From positions 73,166 to 137,165 of the forward strand of contig JAHPZJ010000013.1 of the NCBI GenBank assembly GCA_019058245.1: a DNA stretch of 64,000 bases, written 5' to 3'. The stretch's first letter is position 1. Each line of letters starts with the position of its first letter. The stretch comes from Promethearchaeota archaeon. GTDB taxonomy: Archaea; Asgardarchaeota; Lokiarchaeia; Sigyniarchaeales; SOKP01. A program made the position numbers and the translations under genes. The notes beneath the pieces are model-generated. The model did not search any database. It worked only from the letters and a program-made list of their open reading frames with translations, and was not told where the DNA came from. Shown here piece after piece: positions 29,558 through 40,158 of this stretch.

Positions 29558-29711
29558 ATTAAAATAACTCTTATCAAATTATTTAAATCTTTTTTAATTT
29601 ATATTTTAATTAGAATTAAGACAACCTTTTATTTAGGTTAATAGGAAAATATAGTAAAAAATTTAATAAATTTATTGAAATAGATTTAACAAAAATTAAA
29701 CCCGAAGGTGG

Positions 29712-30338
29712 ATGATTAAAATGGAAATATTAGAATTAAAGCCAATAAAGAATAAAAAAATTGTTGTGTATATGTCTTCTAAAGAAAGTGCTAAATATTT
29801 CCAAAATGAAGAACATTCAAAACTAATTGAATTCTTAAAAAAGAATAATATTGACTTTGTTACTGTAGACTTTCAAGTGGATATGAAAGAATTTGGTAAA
29901 ACTCAATTCGCAAAAATATTGAATGAATTAAAAATTCCATATTTTCAAGTAGATATTCCTGATTATGCTATGGGATATTTATATCAAGAAATACTTGAGA
30001 AACAAGAGTTCCAAAATGAATTATTTGAAGAATATGAAAGTATGGAGGATAAGGATTCATATAAGGGTTTGAGTTTAAAAAATTGGATTGATTTATTAAC
30101 AGAAGAAATTCAAGAAAGAGAAATATTTCTTAGTTTAAAGTTAAGACCTCAATGGATTGTTAAGAAAATGCTAGATTTAGCATCATCTTTTGAAAAAGAT
30201 TTAGTTTTTTTTGTTCATTTTGTTCAAGAAGATATATGTGAAGACATTTGTCCACAAATAGTTGAAAATTTAAGAGAATTAGGAATAAAAGTAATATCCT
30301 ATAATAAAAAACATACTATACAAAAAGTTATATTTTAA
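29712..30338 (+). CDS. hypothetical protein (paralog of the next gene; possibly TraB/EreA/Tiki-like fold)
   Basis: 208-aa ORF; N-terminal LELKPIKNKK; R.QW...KML.LA pattern. Confidence 0.6.
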   Translation: MIKMEILELKPIKNKKIVVYMSSKESAKYFQNEEHSKLIEFLKKNNIDFVTVDFQVDMKEFGKTQFAKILNELKIPYFQVDIPDYAMGYLYQEILEKQEFQNELFEEYESMEDKDSYKGLSLKNWIDLLTEEIQEREIFLSLKLRPQWIVKKMLDLASSFEKDLVFFVHFVQEDICEDICPQIVENLRELGIKVISYNKKHTIQKVIF

Positions 30339-30363
30339 TTAAAAAAAGGAGGGGGTTAAAAAA

Positions 30364-31092
30364 ATGCCAGAAGTATTAGAATTAAAACCTTTAAAAAATA
30401 AAAAGCTAAAATTGGTATTGATAGAAAGCGAATTTCCTATCGATTGGTGGTTTGACGTTCCTAAGACTTTAAAGGAAGATCTTTTTTGGAATCTTCGATT
30501 AATTTCTAAGGAATATATTCAATTAATTGATTCGTTAATTGAAAAATATAAGCCCAAAATTGCGTTGGAAGAAAGACCAAATTTTTGGAATACTACAAAT
30601 AATTCAGAGGATCCTTTAAAAAAGTTATTTCAAATGCGAAATATACCATTTGACTACGCTGATATTTCAGAAAATGCTGAATTATATCTATCATCCGCTT
30701 TAGAAGAGCATAGAACAATGATCCAGCATCTTGAGAGAAGGATTAAGGAAGTTATGAAGAGTAGTGGAGGTATTCCTAATAATGACGATACTTTTAATCG
30801 AATTGTATTATGGAAGGATTATTTACAACAAGATTATAAATTTCAAGAAGATGAAGTAAGATACAAAGTTCGAGAAGCATGGATGATGATGAAAATTTTA
30901 AATCTTGCCAAAAAAATAGAAGCAACTAATTTCAAAGCTATGTTTATTTGTGATATTAGCCACTTCAATGGTCTTGAAAAACTTTCAGAAGAATTAGGTA
31001 TTGAAGTCGAACAAGTAAGAATAAAAAGGACAATTAAAACTGAAGATGTTAAGGAAATATTTGAAAAAGATTTAGAAGTTGAAATTTCTTAA
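30364..31092 (+). CDS. hypothetical protein (possibly TraB/EreA/Tiki-like fold)
   Basis: N-terminal LELKPLKNKK; IALEE, REAWM..KIL, FICDISHFNGL. Confidence 0.6.
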   Translation: MPEVLELKPLKNKKLKLVLIESEFPIDWWFDVPKTLKEDLFWNLRLISKEYIQLIDSLIEKYKPKIALEERPNFWNTTNNSEDPLKKLFQMRNIPFDYADISENAELYLSSALEEHRTMIQHLERRIKEVMKSSGGIPNNDDTFNRIVLWKDYLQQDYKFQEDEVRYKVREAWMMMKILNLAKKIEATNFKAMFICDISHFNGLEKLSEELGIEVEQVRIKRTIKTEDVKEIFEKDLEVEIS

Positions 31093-31127
31093 ATTATTAA
31101 TTTTATTTTTAGATATAAAAAAAAGGG

Positions 31128-32123
31128 TTGATAAAAATGGTTGAAAGAGAGGTTGAAAGTATTTTAGGAAGAAAATCAATAATAGAATTAACACCTATTA
31201 TCATTAAAAAGAAAGATACAATGGATAAAATTTGTTATTTCTTTGATACTGATGATAATGCGTCTCCTTTTGATATTAATATGGCATATGATGCAGGATT
31301 TGATATTGTTATACCTATCAGTAAAATGAAAGCCGAATACGTACCAAAATTAATACAAGATGCTATCTTTTCTCGTAAACCTAATGCACCCACAACTTTT
31401 TTTATTGGAGGTTCTGATGTTAAGGAAGGTGAGAAGATAGCAAAAGCAGCAAAAAAATCCTTAGTCCCTCCTTTTGAATGTCCTATTATAATTGATCCCC
31501 GAGGATCTCATACTACAGCTTCCGCTGTAGTTGCAATGTCTTTGGATATAGCTAATAGAAAACATGGAATTAAGAATTTAAAGGGTAAAAAAGTAGTTAT
31601 ATTTGGAGCGGGGCCAGTTGGTAGAATAGCAGCGATTTTAGCTTCAAAAATTGGATGTAATACGTTTTTAGTGGAAACATGGGATAAATCTAATGAGGAT
31701 TTTATAAAAAAATTAGCAAAAGACCTCACTCAAGAAGCAGGAGAAGGAGCAACAGAAATTTCTGGTCTTTTTGCTCCTTTAATTAAACAAAGATTTGATA
31801 TTGTAAAGGATGCTGATGTTATATGGTCTTTAGCAGCTGCAGGTGTTGAAATTCTAACTCAAGAATGGATGGAAAAGTTGCCAGGTAAAAAAATAGTTGT
31901 AGATATTAATTTGGTGCCACCATATGGTATTGAAGGTCTTAAGCCAAAACATAAGAATGATGAGATCTATCCTGGGATTTTTGGAATTGGGGCATTAGCT
32001 TTAGGACGTCTAAAAGCTAATTCAGAAGGTCAAATATTAAAAGAGGCTTCAAATACAAAGGGACTAAAAATTTTTGATTATAATTATGCTTTTACGGTTG
32101 CTAAGGAACTTCTAAAAAAATAG
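31128..32123 (+). CDS. NAD(P)-dependent methylene-H4MPT dehydrogenase, MtdA/MtdB family
   Basis: DTDDNASPFDINMAYDAGFD, AIFSR.P, FIGG.D, DP.GS.TTA.A, G.GPVG, D.NLVPP.GIEG, GIGALA.G. Confidence 0.85.
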   Translation: MIKMVEREVESILGRKSIIELTPIIIKKKDTMDKICYFFDTDDNASPFDINMAYDAGFDIVIPISKMKAEYVPKLIQDAIFSRKPNAPTTFFIGGSDVKEGEKIAKAAKKSLVPPFECPIIIDPRGSHTTASAVVAMSLDIANRKHGIKNLKGKKVVIFGAGPVGRIAAILASKIGCNTFLVETWDKSNEDFIKKLAKDLTQEAGEGATEISGLFAPLIKQRFDIVKDADVIWSLAAAGVEILTQEWMEKLPGKKIVVDINLVPPYGIEGLKPKHKNDEIYPGIFGIGALALGRLKANSEGQILKEASNTKGLKIFDYNYAFTVAKELLKK

Positions 32124-32200
32124 AGAAAGAGAAAATAAATTTAAATTATTTTTTTCAAATTTTTTATTATTTTAAATAGATAAGAAGGGAGGGATAATAT

Positions 32201-34471
32201 TTGATTAGGGAGAGTAAAGATTCAGAATTAAAGTTAAGAATTAAAGATGCATTTAAGGAGGATGCTGGGAGGGGAATAGTACGAGTAGATCCTGAAATAA
32301 TTAATATCCTTAAATTAAAAGTGAGCGATATCATTAGAATTACTCATCCTGTTATAGATAAAATAACAGTTGCTAAATTATTATCAGGAAGAGATGAGGA
32401 TATTGGAAAGCGAGTTATTAGAATTGATCCTTCTCTAAGAAGAAATTTAAGTGCCTCGATTGATGATTTAGTGGAAATTAAAAAAATTGATGCAAATCCC
32501 GCCGAAAGTATAACATTTGCAGGTCTTACTCATTATCTAATCCCACGTGATCCTCAAGCTTTAGCAAGGAAATTAGAAAAAAGAGTTATATCAATAAATG
32601 ATAGTTTAAGTTTCTATGCAATGGGTCATAGAATTGATTTAGTTGTTGTAGAGTATGCTCCAAAATCAGAAGCGGTTATAATCAATTTGAATACGAAAAT
32701 AATTTTCACAGAACAAGCTGAAGAAATTAATGAAGTTAAAGAAAGAAAGGTGAAATATGAAGAAATAAGTGATATAGGAAAAAAATTACAAAAAATTCGT
32801 GAAAAAGTAACATACGAGGATATCGGAGGTTTAGAAGATACAATTCAAAAGATTAGAGAAATAATTGAGCTTCCAATAAGACATCCAGAATTATTTAAAA
32901 AAATAGGAATAGAACCACCTAAAGGAGTACTTTTATACGGACCTCCTGGTACTGGAAAAACATTACTAGCAAAAGCAGTTGCCTCTGAAACCGATGCTCA
33001 CTTTATTAGTATTAGTGGTCCTGAAATCATGAGTAAATTTTTTGGTCAGAGTGAGGAAAACTTAAGGAATATTTTTGAAGAAGCTAAATCAAATGCACCT
33101 TCTATAATTTTTTTAGATGAATTAGATTCTATTGCTCCAAAAAGGGATGAAGGAAAGAATCAAGTTGAATCAAGAATAGTAGCTCAATTACTTTCTCTTA
33201 TGGATGGTTTAAAAGGAAGAGGGGAGGTAATTGTTATAGGTGCCACAAATAAAGTAAATAATATTGATATTGCCTTAAGGAGACCGGGCAGATTTGATAG
33301 AGAAATTGAAATTGGTGTTCCTGATAGCAATGGTCGATATGAGATTTTATTAATTCATACTAGAGGAATGCCATTAGATAATGATGTGAGTCTAAGAATA
33401 ATCGCTAACAAGACTCATGGATTTGTTGGAGCAGATATTAAATCGCTTTGTAAAGAATCTGCGATACTTGCAATTCGTGAAATTATTCCTAAAATTGACT
33501 TAGATAAACCTATCCCAGAAGAAATTCTAAATCATCTTAATATTAAAATGAGACACTTTATAGAAGCCTTAAACAGTATAGAACCTTCTGCTTTAAGAGA
33601 AGTATTGTTTACTTACCCAAATGAGGGATGGGATAATATCGGTGGACTAGAGGAAGTTAAGCAACAATTGAAAGAGGTGATTGAATGGCCATTGAAATAT
33701 CCCGGTTTTTATAAACACATGAAATCTAAACCCCCTAGTGGTATTTTAATGTATGGGGTACCAGGCACAGGAAAAACTTTACTAGCTAAAGCTCTTGCCC
33801 ATGAAACAGAGGTAAATTTTATATCTGTTAAAGGCTCTGAATTTTTGTCAAAATGGGTGGGAGAAAGTGCCAAAGCTGTACGCGAAACATTTCGAAAAGC
33901 ACGCTTATCAACTCCATGTATTATTTTTTTTGACGAAATTGACGCTATTGCTGCAAGGCGTTCAGAATCCTCAAGCTCAAAAGTAACAGAACAAGTCGTT
34001 GCCCAATTATTAACGGAAATTGATGGTTTAGAAGAATTGAATGATGTTATCTTAATTGCAGCTACAAATAGACCTGATTTGCTAGATCCTGCATTATTAA
34101 GATCAGGACGCTTTGGTAGGCACATTGAAATTCCATTACCAGATAAAAAATCACGTATGCAAATATTTAAAATTCATCTAAATAACCGTCCTATTGATGA
34201 CGATGTTGATATTGATTTATTAGTTGAAGAATTAGATGGATATACAGGTGCGGATATAAAAGCTTTATGCGAGGAAGCAACAATTCTGGCAATTAGAAGA
34301 GGAGTCTTTCAAACTGATATTGATTTATCTAATCCTAAAGCTTATTCTAACTTAAAAATTTCTCAAATAGATTTTGAAAAAGCTATAAATAAAATAAAAA
34401 CAGTAGCAAGTAATGCAAATAAATCGTATAGAACATCTATTAAAGAATTACCTGAAGAAATTTATAGATAA
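32201..34471 (+). CDS. cdc48: CDC48/VAT family AAA+ ATPase
   Basis: N-domain DAGRGIVR; D1 [24 protein letters not shown]; D2 [20 protein letters not shown]. Confidence 0.95.
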   Translation: MIRESKDSELKLRIKDAFKEDAGRGIVRVDPEIINILKLKVSDIIRITHPVIDKITVAKLLSGRDEDIGKRVIRIDPSLRRNLSASIDDLVEIKKIDANPAESITFAGLTHYLIPRDPQALARKLEKRVISINDSLSFYAMGHRIDLVVVEYAPKSEAVIINLNTKIIFTEQAEEINEVKERKVKYEEISDIGKKLQKIREKVTYEDIGGLEDTIQKIREIIELPIRHPELFKKIGIEPPKGVLLYGPPGTGKTLLAKAVASETDAHFISISGPEIMSKFFGQSEENLRNIFEEAKSNAPSIIFLDELDSIAPKRDEGKNQVESRIVAQLLSLMDGLKGRGEVIVIGATNKVNNIDIALRRPGRFDREIEIGVPDSNGRYEILLIHTRGMPLDNDVSLRIIANKTHGFVGADIKSLCKESAILAIREIIPKIDLDKPIPEEILNHLNIKMRHFIEALNSIEPSALREVLFTYPNEGWDNIGGLEEVKQQLKEVIEWPLKYPGFYKHMKSKPPSGILMYGVPGTGKTLLAKALAHETEVNFISVKGSEFLSKWVGESAKAVRETFRKARLSTPCIIFFDEIDAIAARRSESSSSKVTEQVVAQLLTEIDGLEELNDVILIAATNRPDLLDPALLRSGRFGRHIEIPLPDKKSRMQIFKIHLNNRPIDDDVDIDLLVEELDGYTGADIKALCEEATILAIRRGVFQTDIDLSNPKAYSNLKISQIDFEKAINKIKTVASNANKSYRTSIKELPEEIYR

Positions 34472-34515
34472 TTAATTTCTAGTAAGATTTTTTTCATTAT
34501 TCTAATTTTAATATT

Positions 34516-35061
34516 TTAAAATTGATTTAAGCTGATGATCTGATTACTTAATCTTTGAATGTTTTTCAATGCTTCTTCATCCTTTAAAACATCCCCTTCA
34601 TGGAAACCGAAACCTAATACGCCTGCAATCTTATTTACTTTAAGTCTTGATAAATATCCTTCCATTTCATTTATTCCAGAACCAATATCACGGCAACCAA
34701 CAATAACATAGCTACCAGTTTTGCCTTTTAATTGTCCTTTCCTTAAATGCCAAGTTCTTTCCATGAGAATTCTCATGTATGAATTAACTCCGCCCATGAA
34801 GATAGGACTAGATAAAATTATCACTTGAGCTTCTTTAAGTTTAGAATATATTACCTGCATATCATCATTAACAGAACATTCATCGTTTTCTATACAGTAA
34901 TAACACTCCTTACATGGATTTATATCATAATCTTTTAAATAGATTTTCTCAATTTCAAAATTATTATTTAATAAATCCAAGAGTTTATTAGTCAAAATTG
35001 CCGTGTTCCCATTTTTTCTTGGTGAACTTATAATCCCAATAGCTTTTTTCTTTAACTTCAA
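34516..35061 (-). CDS. iron-sulfur flavoprotein (Isf)/flavodoxin-like protein
   Basis: SSPRKNGNT, PCKECYYC....CSVNDDM, SPIF. Confidence 0.88.
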   Translation of the reverse strand: MKLKKKAIGIISSPRKNGNTAILTNKLLDLLNNNFEIEKIYLKDYDINPCKECYYCIENDECSVNDDMQVIYSKLKEAQVIILSSPIFMGGVNSYMRILMERTWHLRKGQLKGKTGSYVIVGCRDIGSGINEMEGYLSRLKVNKIAGVLGFGFHEGDVLKDEEALKNIQRLSNQIISLNQF

Positions 35062-35134
35062 TTTCTATATAATTTTTTTATTATTGGATTATGCATTAAA
35101 ATTTGAAATAGTGATAAAAAATTGATCTTTTTGA

Positions 35135-35623
35135 TTAGATTTTTCCAAAACTGGTTGGATAGTTAACCTCTATTCTATTTTTTTTATAATGTCTATTGTT
35201 ATATTCAATTATTTTTTTCTTTATGAGACTAGATGAATTTAATTTAAATTTATCATAAAATTTGTTTAGTCTTTCTACATCAACGTTCTCAAGATTCATA
35301 TCTTTTAATTTTTTCTTTAAATTATTTATATTAAAATTTTGATTTGGACCTAATAAAATGATATCAGGTTTAATTTCCAATACTTTTAATAATGTATTTT
35401 TATCTTGTCTTCCCAATATAGCTTCTTTTACATTTTTTAGATTCTTTATAACTTCTAACCTTTGTTTTTCAGGGATAATTGGCATATTTCCTGAAAATCT
35501 TTTTCTATTTTTATCTGTAGCTACTATTACATAAACTTCACCTAGTTTTGCAGCTTGGTTAATTAAAAATATGTGCCCTGGATGTAAAATATCGAATGTA
35601 CCAGCTATAAGTACTTTTTTAAC
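35135..35623 (-). CDS. ribL: archaeal FAD synthase (cytidylyltransferase family); probable GTT start
   Basis: In-frame extension upstream of the track ORF reads (V)KKVLIAGTFDILHPGHIFLINQAAKLGEVYVIVATD; later KPDIILLG and SSSLIK. Confidence 0.85.
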   Translation of the reverse strand, partial: VKKVLIAGTFDILHPGHIFLINQAAKLGEVYVIVATDKNRKRFSGNMPIIPEKQRLEVIKNLKNVKEAILGRQDKNTLLKVLEIKPDIILLGPNQNFNINNLKKKLKDMNLENVDVERLNKFYDKFKLNSSSLIKKKIIEYNNRHYKKNRIEVNYPTSFGKI

Positions 35624-35674
35624 GTTTAATCACCATATCTAAGAATCAAATTTACCTAATTTTAAAATTTAAGT

Positions 35675-36004
35675 TTATATCTTTTCAATTATTTCTTTCA
35701 AAATCTTTTCCCCGAAACTCCCAATCATGACCCCTTTATTCACAAATATTTCGCCGTTAATCTCAATGTTTTTATTTAAAAGTTTACCATTCTTAAAGAA
35801 TAATAATGCTGGTACTGCATTTATATTAAATTCACGAACCAAATTGATATTTTCATCAATATCAATTTCTATAAACTTAATAAATCCTTTATCCTTAAGT
35901 TTTTTTAAAACAGGGGCGAATAACTTACAAGAACTGCACCATTTAGAACAGATTACAATTATAAATATACCTTCATAAGAGCCATGGATTCCAAACTCTT
36001 TCAT
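35675..36004 (-). CDS. thioredoxin family protein
   Basis: WCSSCK, IDIDEN, NAVPALLFFKNG. Confidence 0.85.
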   Translation of the reverse strand: MKEFGIHGSYEGIFIIVICSKWCSSCKLFAPVLKKLKDKGFIKFIEIDIDENINLVREFNINAVPALLFFKNGKLLNKNIEINGEIFVNKGVMIGSFGEKILKEIIEKI

Positions 36005-36147
36005 ATAATCAAAATTGATATAAATCCCTCTTTATAAACTTCTCTAATATATATTTTCTTAAATTAAAGCGTGAATAATGACCAATACTTTCAATGATTT
36101 CCATAGTTCAATTCGAAGATTTTTTTTGATTAGTTTGCTCTTGAAGG

Positions 36148-36339
36148 TTAATCTTTCAATTTCGCAAAGCAATCTTTACAAAAAAAAATTCTCCGTATCT
36201 TAGAAGCATCCCAAACCATATGGCCTGATTTATGCTTTGTTTCGCAACCCCAACACATTTTATATAAATCAGTGTCAACAAAATATTCATCATCAGTATG
36301 AAAAATATCGTCTTTAATTAATTCTTTATAAGTTCTCAC
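36148..36339 (-). CDS. small hypothetical Zn-finger-like protein
   Basis: CWGC...FCKDC; GTG start with a GGAGATG SD; directly downstream of a palindrome copy. Confidence 0.6.
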   Translation of the reverse strand: MRTYKELIKDDIFHTDDEYFVDTDLYKMCWGCETKHKSGHMVWDASKIRRIFFCKDCFAKLKD

Positions 36340-36370
36340 TTCTTTTTACATCTCCACTAAGTTATAGTTT

Positions 36371-36524
36371 TGAATAATTATTCAATATCAACAGATTGTT
36401 TAATAAAAACCAACATAGAATTTAAGTATTGTGAATAATCATTCAAAACAGTCTATATCATAAAAGTCCCTTTCTTCCTGTACGAAATAAATAATTACAT
36501 TTAAGTTTTAGGAATAATTATTCA
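36371..36524. promoter_or_regulatory. three copies of palindrome TGAATAATTATTCA
   Basis: 36371-36384 perfect; 36432-36445 and 36511-36524 one mismatch each. Confidence 0.85.
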
Positions 36525-36575
36525 CAATCTAGATTTTATTTTTTAAAAATCAAATGAACAATATAAACAAGAAGT

Positions 36576-36962
36576 GTGAGAATTATGAATAAAATTATTG
36601 GTATACCCTCTAATGGTGCTGAACTGTCAGATAATATATCACCACATTTTGGTCACTGTAATTATTTTCTCGGAATTGAAATTTCTAATTATGAAAAATA
36701 TAAAAAAGTCTTTTCTTTAGAGAATAATGGTCATTCAGGCTGTATGGAGCCTGTTATAAATATGAAACAACGAAATGTCTCAGAAATGATTCTAACTGGT
36801 ATCGGAATGCGTCCGTTTATGGGATTTCAACAAGTTAATATAAATTTATTTCAGGGTGTGAATACAACTATAGAAGAAAACATAAGATTATTTATTCAGG
36901 GAAAATTAAGACCAATGCGGAATTCTAGTTGTGCAACTGACTCTAGTCATACTCACACTTAA
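36576..36962 (+). CDS. NifB/NifX (MTH1175-like) metal-cluster-binding protein
   Basis: ISPHFGHC.YF, GIG.RP, G.L. Confidence 0.85.
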   Translation: MRIMNKIIGIPSNGAELSDNISPHFGHCNYFLGIEISNYEKYKKVFSLENNGHSGCMEPVINMKQRNVSEMILTGIGMRPFMGFQQVNINLFQGVNTTIEENIRLFIQGKLRPMRNSSCATDSSHTHT

Positions 36963-37023
36963 TTAAATAAAAATAAAATAAAATAGAATAAAAAAAAACT
37001 AAATATAAATTAGATGAGATATT

Positions 37024-37524
37024 ATGCCAAGCTTTAAAGAAACGTATGAAGCAATCAAGAATGATTGGAATGCTGGAGAGAAAAATTTCAATGTTAAGTG
37101 TGAAATGCTTAGTGAGGGAATGCAGTGTCAAGTAACAATGGGAGCAAAACCACATGTAATGATGATTGATGCTCCTGGTGGATTAGATGGAACTGATGAA
37201 GGACCCTCTCCTCTATTAGCAATATTGGGCTCTATTGGGGCTTGTATAATAGCAGTAACCAAATTCTGGGCAAAAATAATGGATATTAAACTTGAAGAAC
37301 TTGAAGTTTTTTCTCGAGGACATATTAATCTAGGTGCTATTTTTGGGATTGATGATTCAAAATTACCAGGCTACGATAAGCTTGAACCTGTTATTAGGAT
37401 TAAAGCAGATGCTCCAGAAGAAAAAATCAATGAATTAATGGATAAAGTATTAACTCATTGCCCAGTTATCACTAATTTTGGTGGAGCTTCTCCAATTAAT
37501 CCAAAAGTTCAAATTCGAAAATAA
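37024..37524 (+). CDS. OsmC/Ohr family protein
   Basis: D.P..LDGTDEGPSP...LGSIGAC, HCPV. Confidence 0.85.
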   Translation: MPSFKETYEAIKNDWNAGEKNFNVKCEMLSEGMQCQVTMGAKPHVMMIDAPGGLDGTDEGPSPLLAILGSIGACIIAVTKFWAKIMDIKLEELEVFSRGHINLGAIFGIDDSKLPGYDKLEPVIRIKADAPEEKINELMDKVLTHCPVITNFGGASPINPKVQIRK

Positions 37525-37596
37525 GAATAATTTTATCCTTACTTTTTTTTTCTTTTATTATTTTATATAATATGTAATTTTTACAAATTATACTAT

Positions 37597-38034
37597 TTGA
37601 TTAAAAAAACAATGGAAAATGAAAAACTATTTCCGATAAGTATAAATCCAAATTTATGCGTCCTATGTCAAAGATGCTCCTATAGTTGCTCAAGTAAGGC
37701 AATATTCTTTAAGGAATCTAGGCGATATGTGGATTATGATAAATGTCAAGGATGCTTAAAATGTGTAGAGGTATGTGAACATGGTGCTATTGAGGTTATT
37801 TCGATTAAGGAAGGAAAATTAATAGGTTTTAATATTGATCAAGAAAGATGTAAGTTATGCGAAATCTGTCTTGAGAAGAATTTTTGCTTTCAAAATTTAT
37901 TTTTATTAAAAAAAACTAAAAAATCTGGGCATAAATGGATTGAATTTCAAGAAGGAAATTTCCAAAACTGCTTTAAATGTTTAAAGTGTTTTAAATCCTG
38001 CCCATTTAATGCTATTGTACCAAAAATTATTTGA
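37597..38034 (+). CDS. polyferredoxin (four CxxCxxC motifs)
   Basis: CVLCQRC, CQGCLKC, CKLCEIC, CFKCLKC..CP. Confidence 0.85.
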   Translation: MIKKTMENEKLFPISINPNLCVLCQRCSYSCSSKAIFFKESRRYVDYDKCQGCLKCVEVCEHGAIEVISIKEGKLIGFNIDQERCKLCEICLEKNFCFQNLFLLKKTKKSGHKWIEFQEGNFQNCFKCLKCFKSCPFNAIVPKII

Positions 38035-38075
38035 TTATAATTATATAATAAAAAAATCTAACAGAGGTAAATATA

Positions 38076-38264
38076 TTGAGTCGAAGAGGTGGAAGCAGGA
38101 GAGGACAGAGTGGCGGAAGAGGCCGAATGGGTGGTTCTAAAGCCGCTGGACCTAGTGGGAAATGCATTTGTCCAAATTGTAAAAAAACTGTTCCCCATCA
38201 AGTAGGTCTTCCCTGCTATAATCAAACTTGCCCAAAATGTGGGGCTAAAATGACTAGAGGCTGA
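38076..38264 (+). CDS. small Gly/Arg-rich, Cys-rich protein of Orp-type clusters
   Basis: GGRGRMGG..AGPSGKCICPNC...PH..G.PC...CPKCG..M.R; GAGGTA SD. Confidence 0.75.
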   Translation: MSRRGGSRRGQSGGRGRMGGSKAAGPSGKCICPNCKKTVPHQVGLPCYNQTCPKCGAKMTRG

Positions 38265-38279
38265 TATTAAAACATTGCT

Positions 38280-39020
38280 TTAGTTTTTATTTAATAAATT
38301 ATTAATTCTTTTCAATACAATAGAGGCTTTACCCTTTAAAAAAATATCAGCGATGGTATTTGTATAATTTGATTCACTGATGTTTATTTCAATAAATTTT
38401 GCTCTGTTTTTTGCTATGAAAGGAATAGCAGACGCAGGCATTATTTCTCCAGTTGTTCCAATTAATATATACAGATCCGCCAAAGATGTCTCTTCAACTG
38501 ATTTTTCATAAATATCTAGGGGGATTGGTTCTCCAAAAAAAACAAAATCTGGTTTTAATAAACCATGGCATTCTGGACAATGAGGAGGGGATTGTTTGAT
38601 AAACTCACTACTATTATAGTTATGATGACAATTTATGCAAGTTAATGTTCTAGAAGTACCATGAAATTCAATTACATTTCTATTTCCTGCTTTTTGATGT
38701 AAATTATCAATATTTTGAGTTATTATTGACTTGATATATCCCTTCTTCTCCATTTCTGCTAGAATATAATGGGCATCATTAGGAATTGCTTGTCCAAAAA
38801 AATCATAAAAAATTTCTTTAATTAATTCCCAAGATTTTTTTGGGTTTGTCAAAAAATAACTCGTTTCTAAAAAAATAGGATTGTATTTACTCCATAATCC
38901 ATTTTCACCTCGAAATGGTGGAATACCGCTTTCCACTGAAATCCCCGCTCCAGTAAAGACCACTGAATGCTTTGCTTCTGAAATCCACTTACTTGCTAAA
39001 AGATATAATTCTTTATCCAT
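38280..39020 (-). CDS. cobB: NAD-dependent deacylase (sirtuin)
   Basis: TGAGISVESGIP.FRG, ITQNID.LH, HG, two CxxC, KPDFVFFGE. Confidence 0.93.
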   Translation of the reverse strand: MDKELYLLASKWISEAKHSVVFTGAGISVESGIPPFRGENGLWSKYNPIFLETSYFLTNPKKSWELIKEIFYDFFGQAIPNDAHYILAEMEKKGYIKSIITQNIDNLHQKAGNRNVIEFHGTSRTLTCINCHHNYNSSEFIKQSPPHCPECHGLLKPDFVFFGEPIPLDIYEKSVEETSLADLYILIGTTGEIMPASAIPFIAKNRAKFIEINISESNYTNTIADIFLKGKASIVLKRINNLLNKN

Positions 39021-39224
39021 TTATTACTCTCATTCGATAAAAAAATTAATTTTGATAAAAATGAAACTCTACTTATGTATAAAGTATTATTACTAAAAAG
39101 CAGTTAACTTTAATAGTCAGAATAGAGGGAAAAATATATTAGGGAAAGTATTTAATGAAATTATTATTGTTTATATTATACTTATAATTTGATTTAGCTG
39201 AGGAGCACAGGAATATAACTAAAA

Positions 39225-39434
39225 TTGAAGAACGAAAATAGAACATGTAAATGGTATCCTGTTTGCCCAATTAAGTATTTTGTCGATCATGGAAAACTTG
39301 ATAGAAAATGGGTTGAAAATTATTGTTCAATTGGGAATAAAGAGTGTATAAGATATAAGCTAGAAGAAAGTGGAAAATTTCATCCTGATAATATGCTACC
39401 AAATGGTGAAATAAAGAAAGAACTTCATTATTGA
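39225..39434 (+). CDS. small Cys-rich hypothetical protein
   Basis: CKWYPVCP..W...YC...C.RY...PDNMLP.G. Confidence 0.65.
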   Translation: MKNENRTCKWYPVCPIKYFVDHGKLDRKWVENYCSIGNKECIRYKLEESGKFHPDNMLPNGEIKKELHY

Positions 39435-39520
39435 TAGAAACTCTAACTTAAAGATAATTTTTAAAACAAAAAGGAATTAAATACTAATTTATCTTTTCAA
39501 GTATCTAAGTTACCTTATTT

Positions 39521-39934
39521 TTATCCATGAAAATGATGGTGCTCGTGCTCATGATCGTCATCAGCTTCAGTATGGATTTTATCAACTCCATATCCCTTTC
39601 CACCTCCGGGAGCACATAAACTTTCTCCTCCCTTTAGAGTTCCGTCCAGTATTTGTTGAATGACATCATCAATTCTCCCTGTAACTCCTACAATAACATC
39701 AATTCCATATTCATTAAAAAATGCTTCGGCCCTTCGTCCCATACCTCCCGCAATCAAGCAATTTGCTCCTTGTTGATTTACAAATTGTGGTATACTTCCT
39801 ACTGTATGACCTGGATTTGGAAGTATTTTTTTCTCTACTACTTTACTATCTTCAATAGTAATAAAAGTAAATTCTGGTGCTCGACCAAAATGGGCACAAA
39901 CATTTCCTGAATCTGTACTAATAGCGATTTTCAT
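39521..39934 (-). CDS. NifB/NifX family protein with His-rich C-terminus
   Basis: MKIAI, HFGRAPEF, NPGH, AGGMG.RA; tail DDDHEHEHHHFHG. Confidence 0.88.
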   Translation of the reverse strand: MKIAISTDSGNVCAHFGRAPEFTFITIEDSKVVEKKILPNPGHTVGSIPQFVNQQGANCLIAGGMGRRAEAFFNEYGIDVIVGVTGRIDDVIQQILDGTLKGGESLCAPGGGKGYGVDKIHTEADDDHEHEHHHFHG

Positions 39935-39975
39935 TTTTTTTCATTTTAATTTTAAAATTTTATAATTATTAATAA

Positions 39976-39989
39976 TGAATAATTATTCA
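39976..39989. promoter_or_regulatory. palindrome TGAATAATTATTCA
   Basis: Perfect copy between the divergent nifX-like and DUF134 genes; a weaker copy at 40068-40081. Confidence 0.85.
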
Positions 39990-40158
39990 TAATATAAAAA
40001 TTCTTTCTCTTTAAATAATAAGATATGAGGAGTTATAATGTCTTTTAGAAGAATGTTTTAATAATTTTGAATAATTAATAATAAAAACTTGAATTAATAA
40101 TTTTATATAGGGAATAAAATAGTAACAATAGTTCAAATTATCTTTTTGGTGATTTGGT

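Noticed and set aside
28646-29711. 1-kb intergenic region as a hidden gene or ncRNA
   Set aside because: Only very short ORFs and no GC-rich stems were seen; consistent with a divergent regulatory region.
36371-36524. Repeated 14-mer as a possible CRISPR array
   Set aside because: The repeats are too short, irregularly spaced and dispersed across promoters, and there are no cas genes; they fit an operator.
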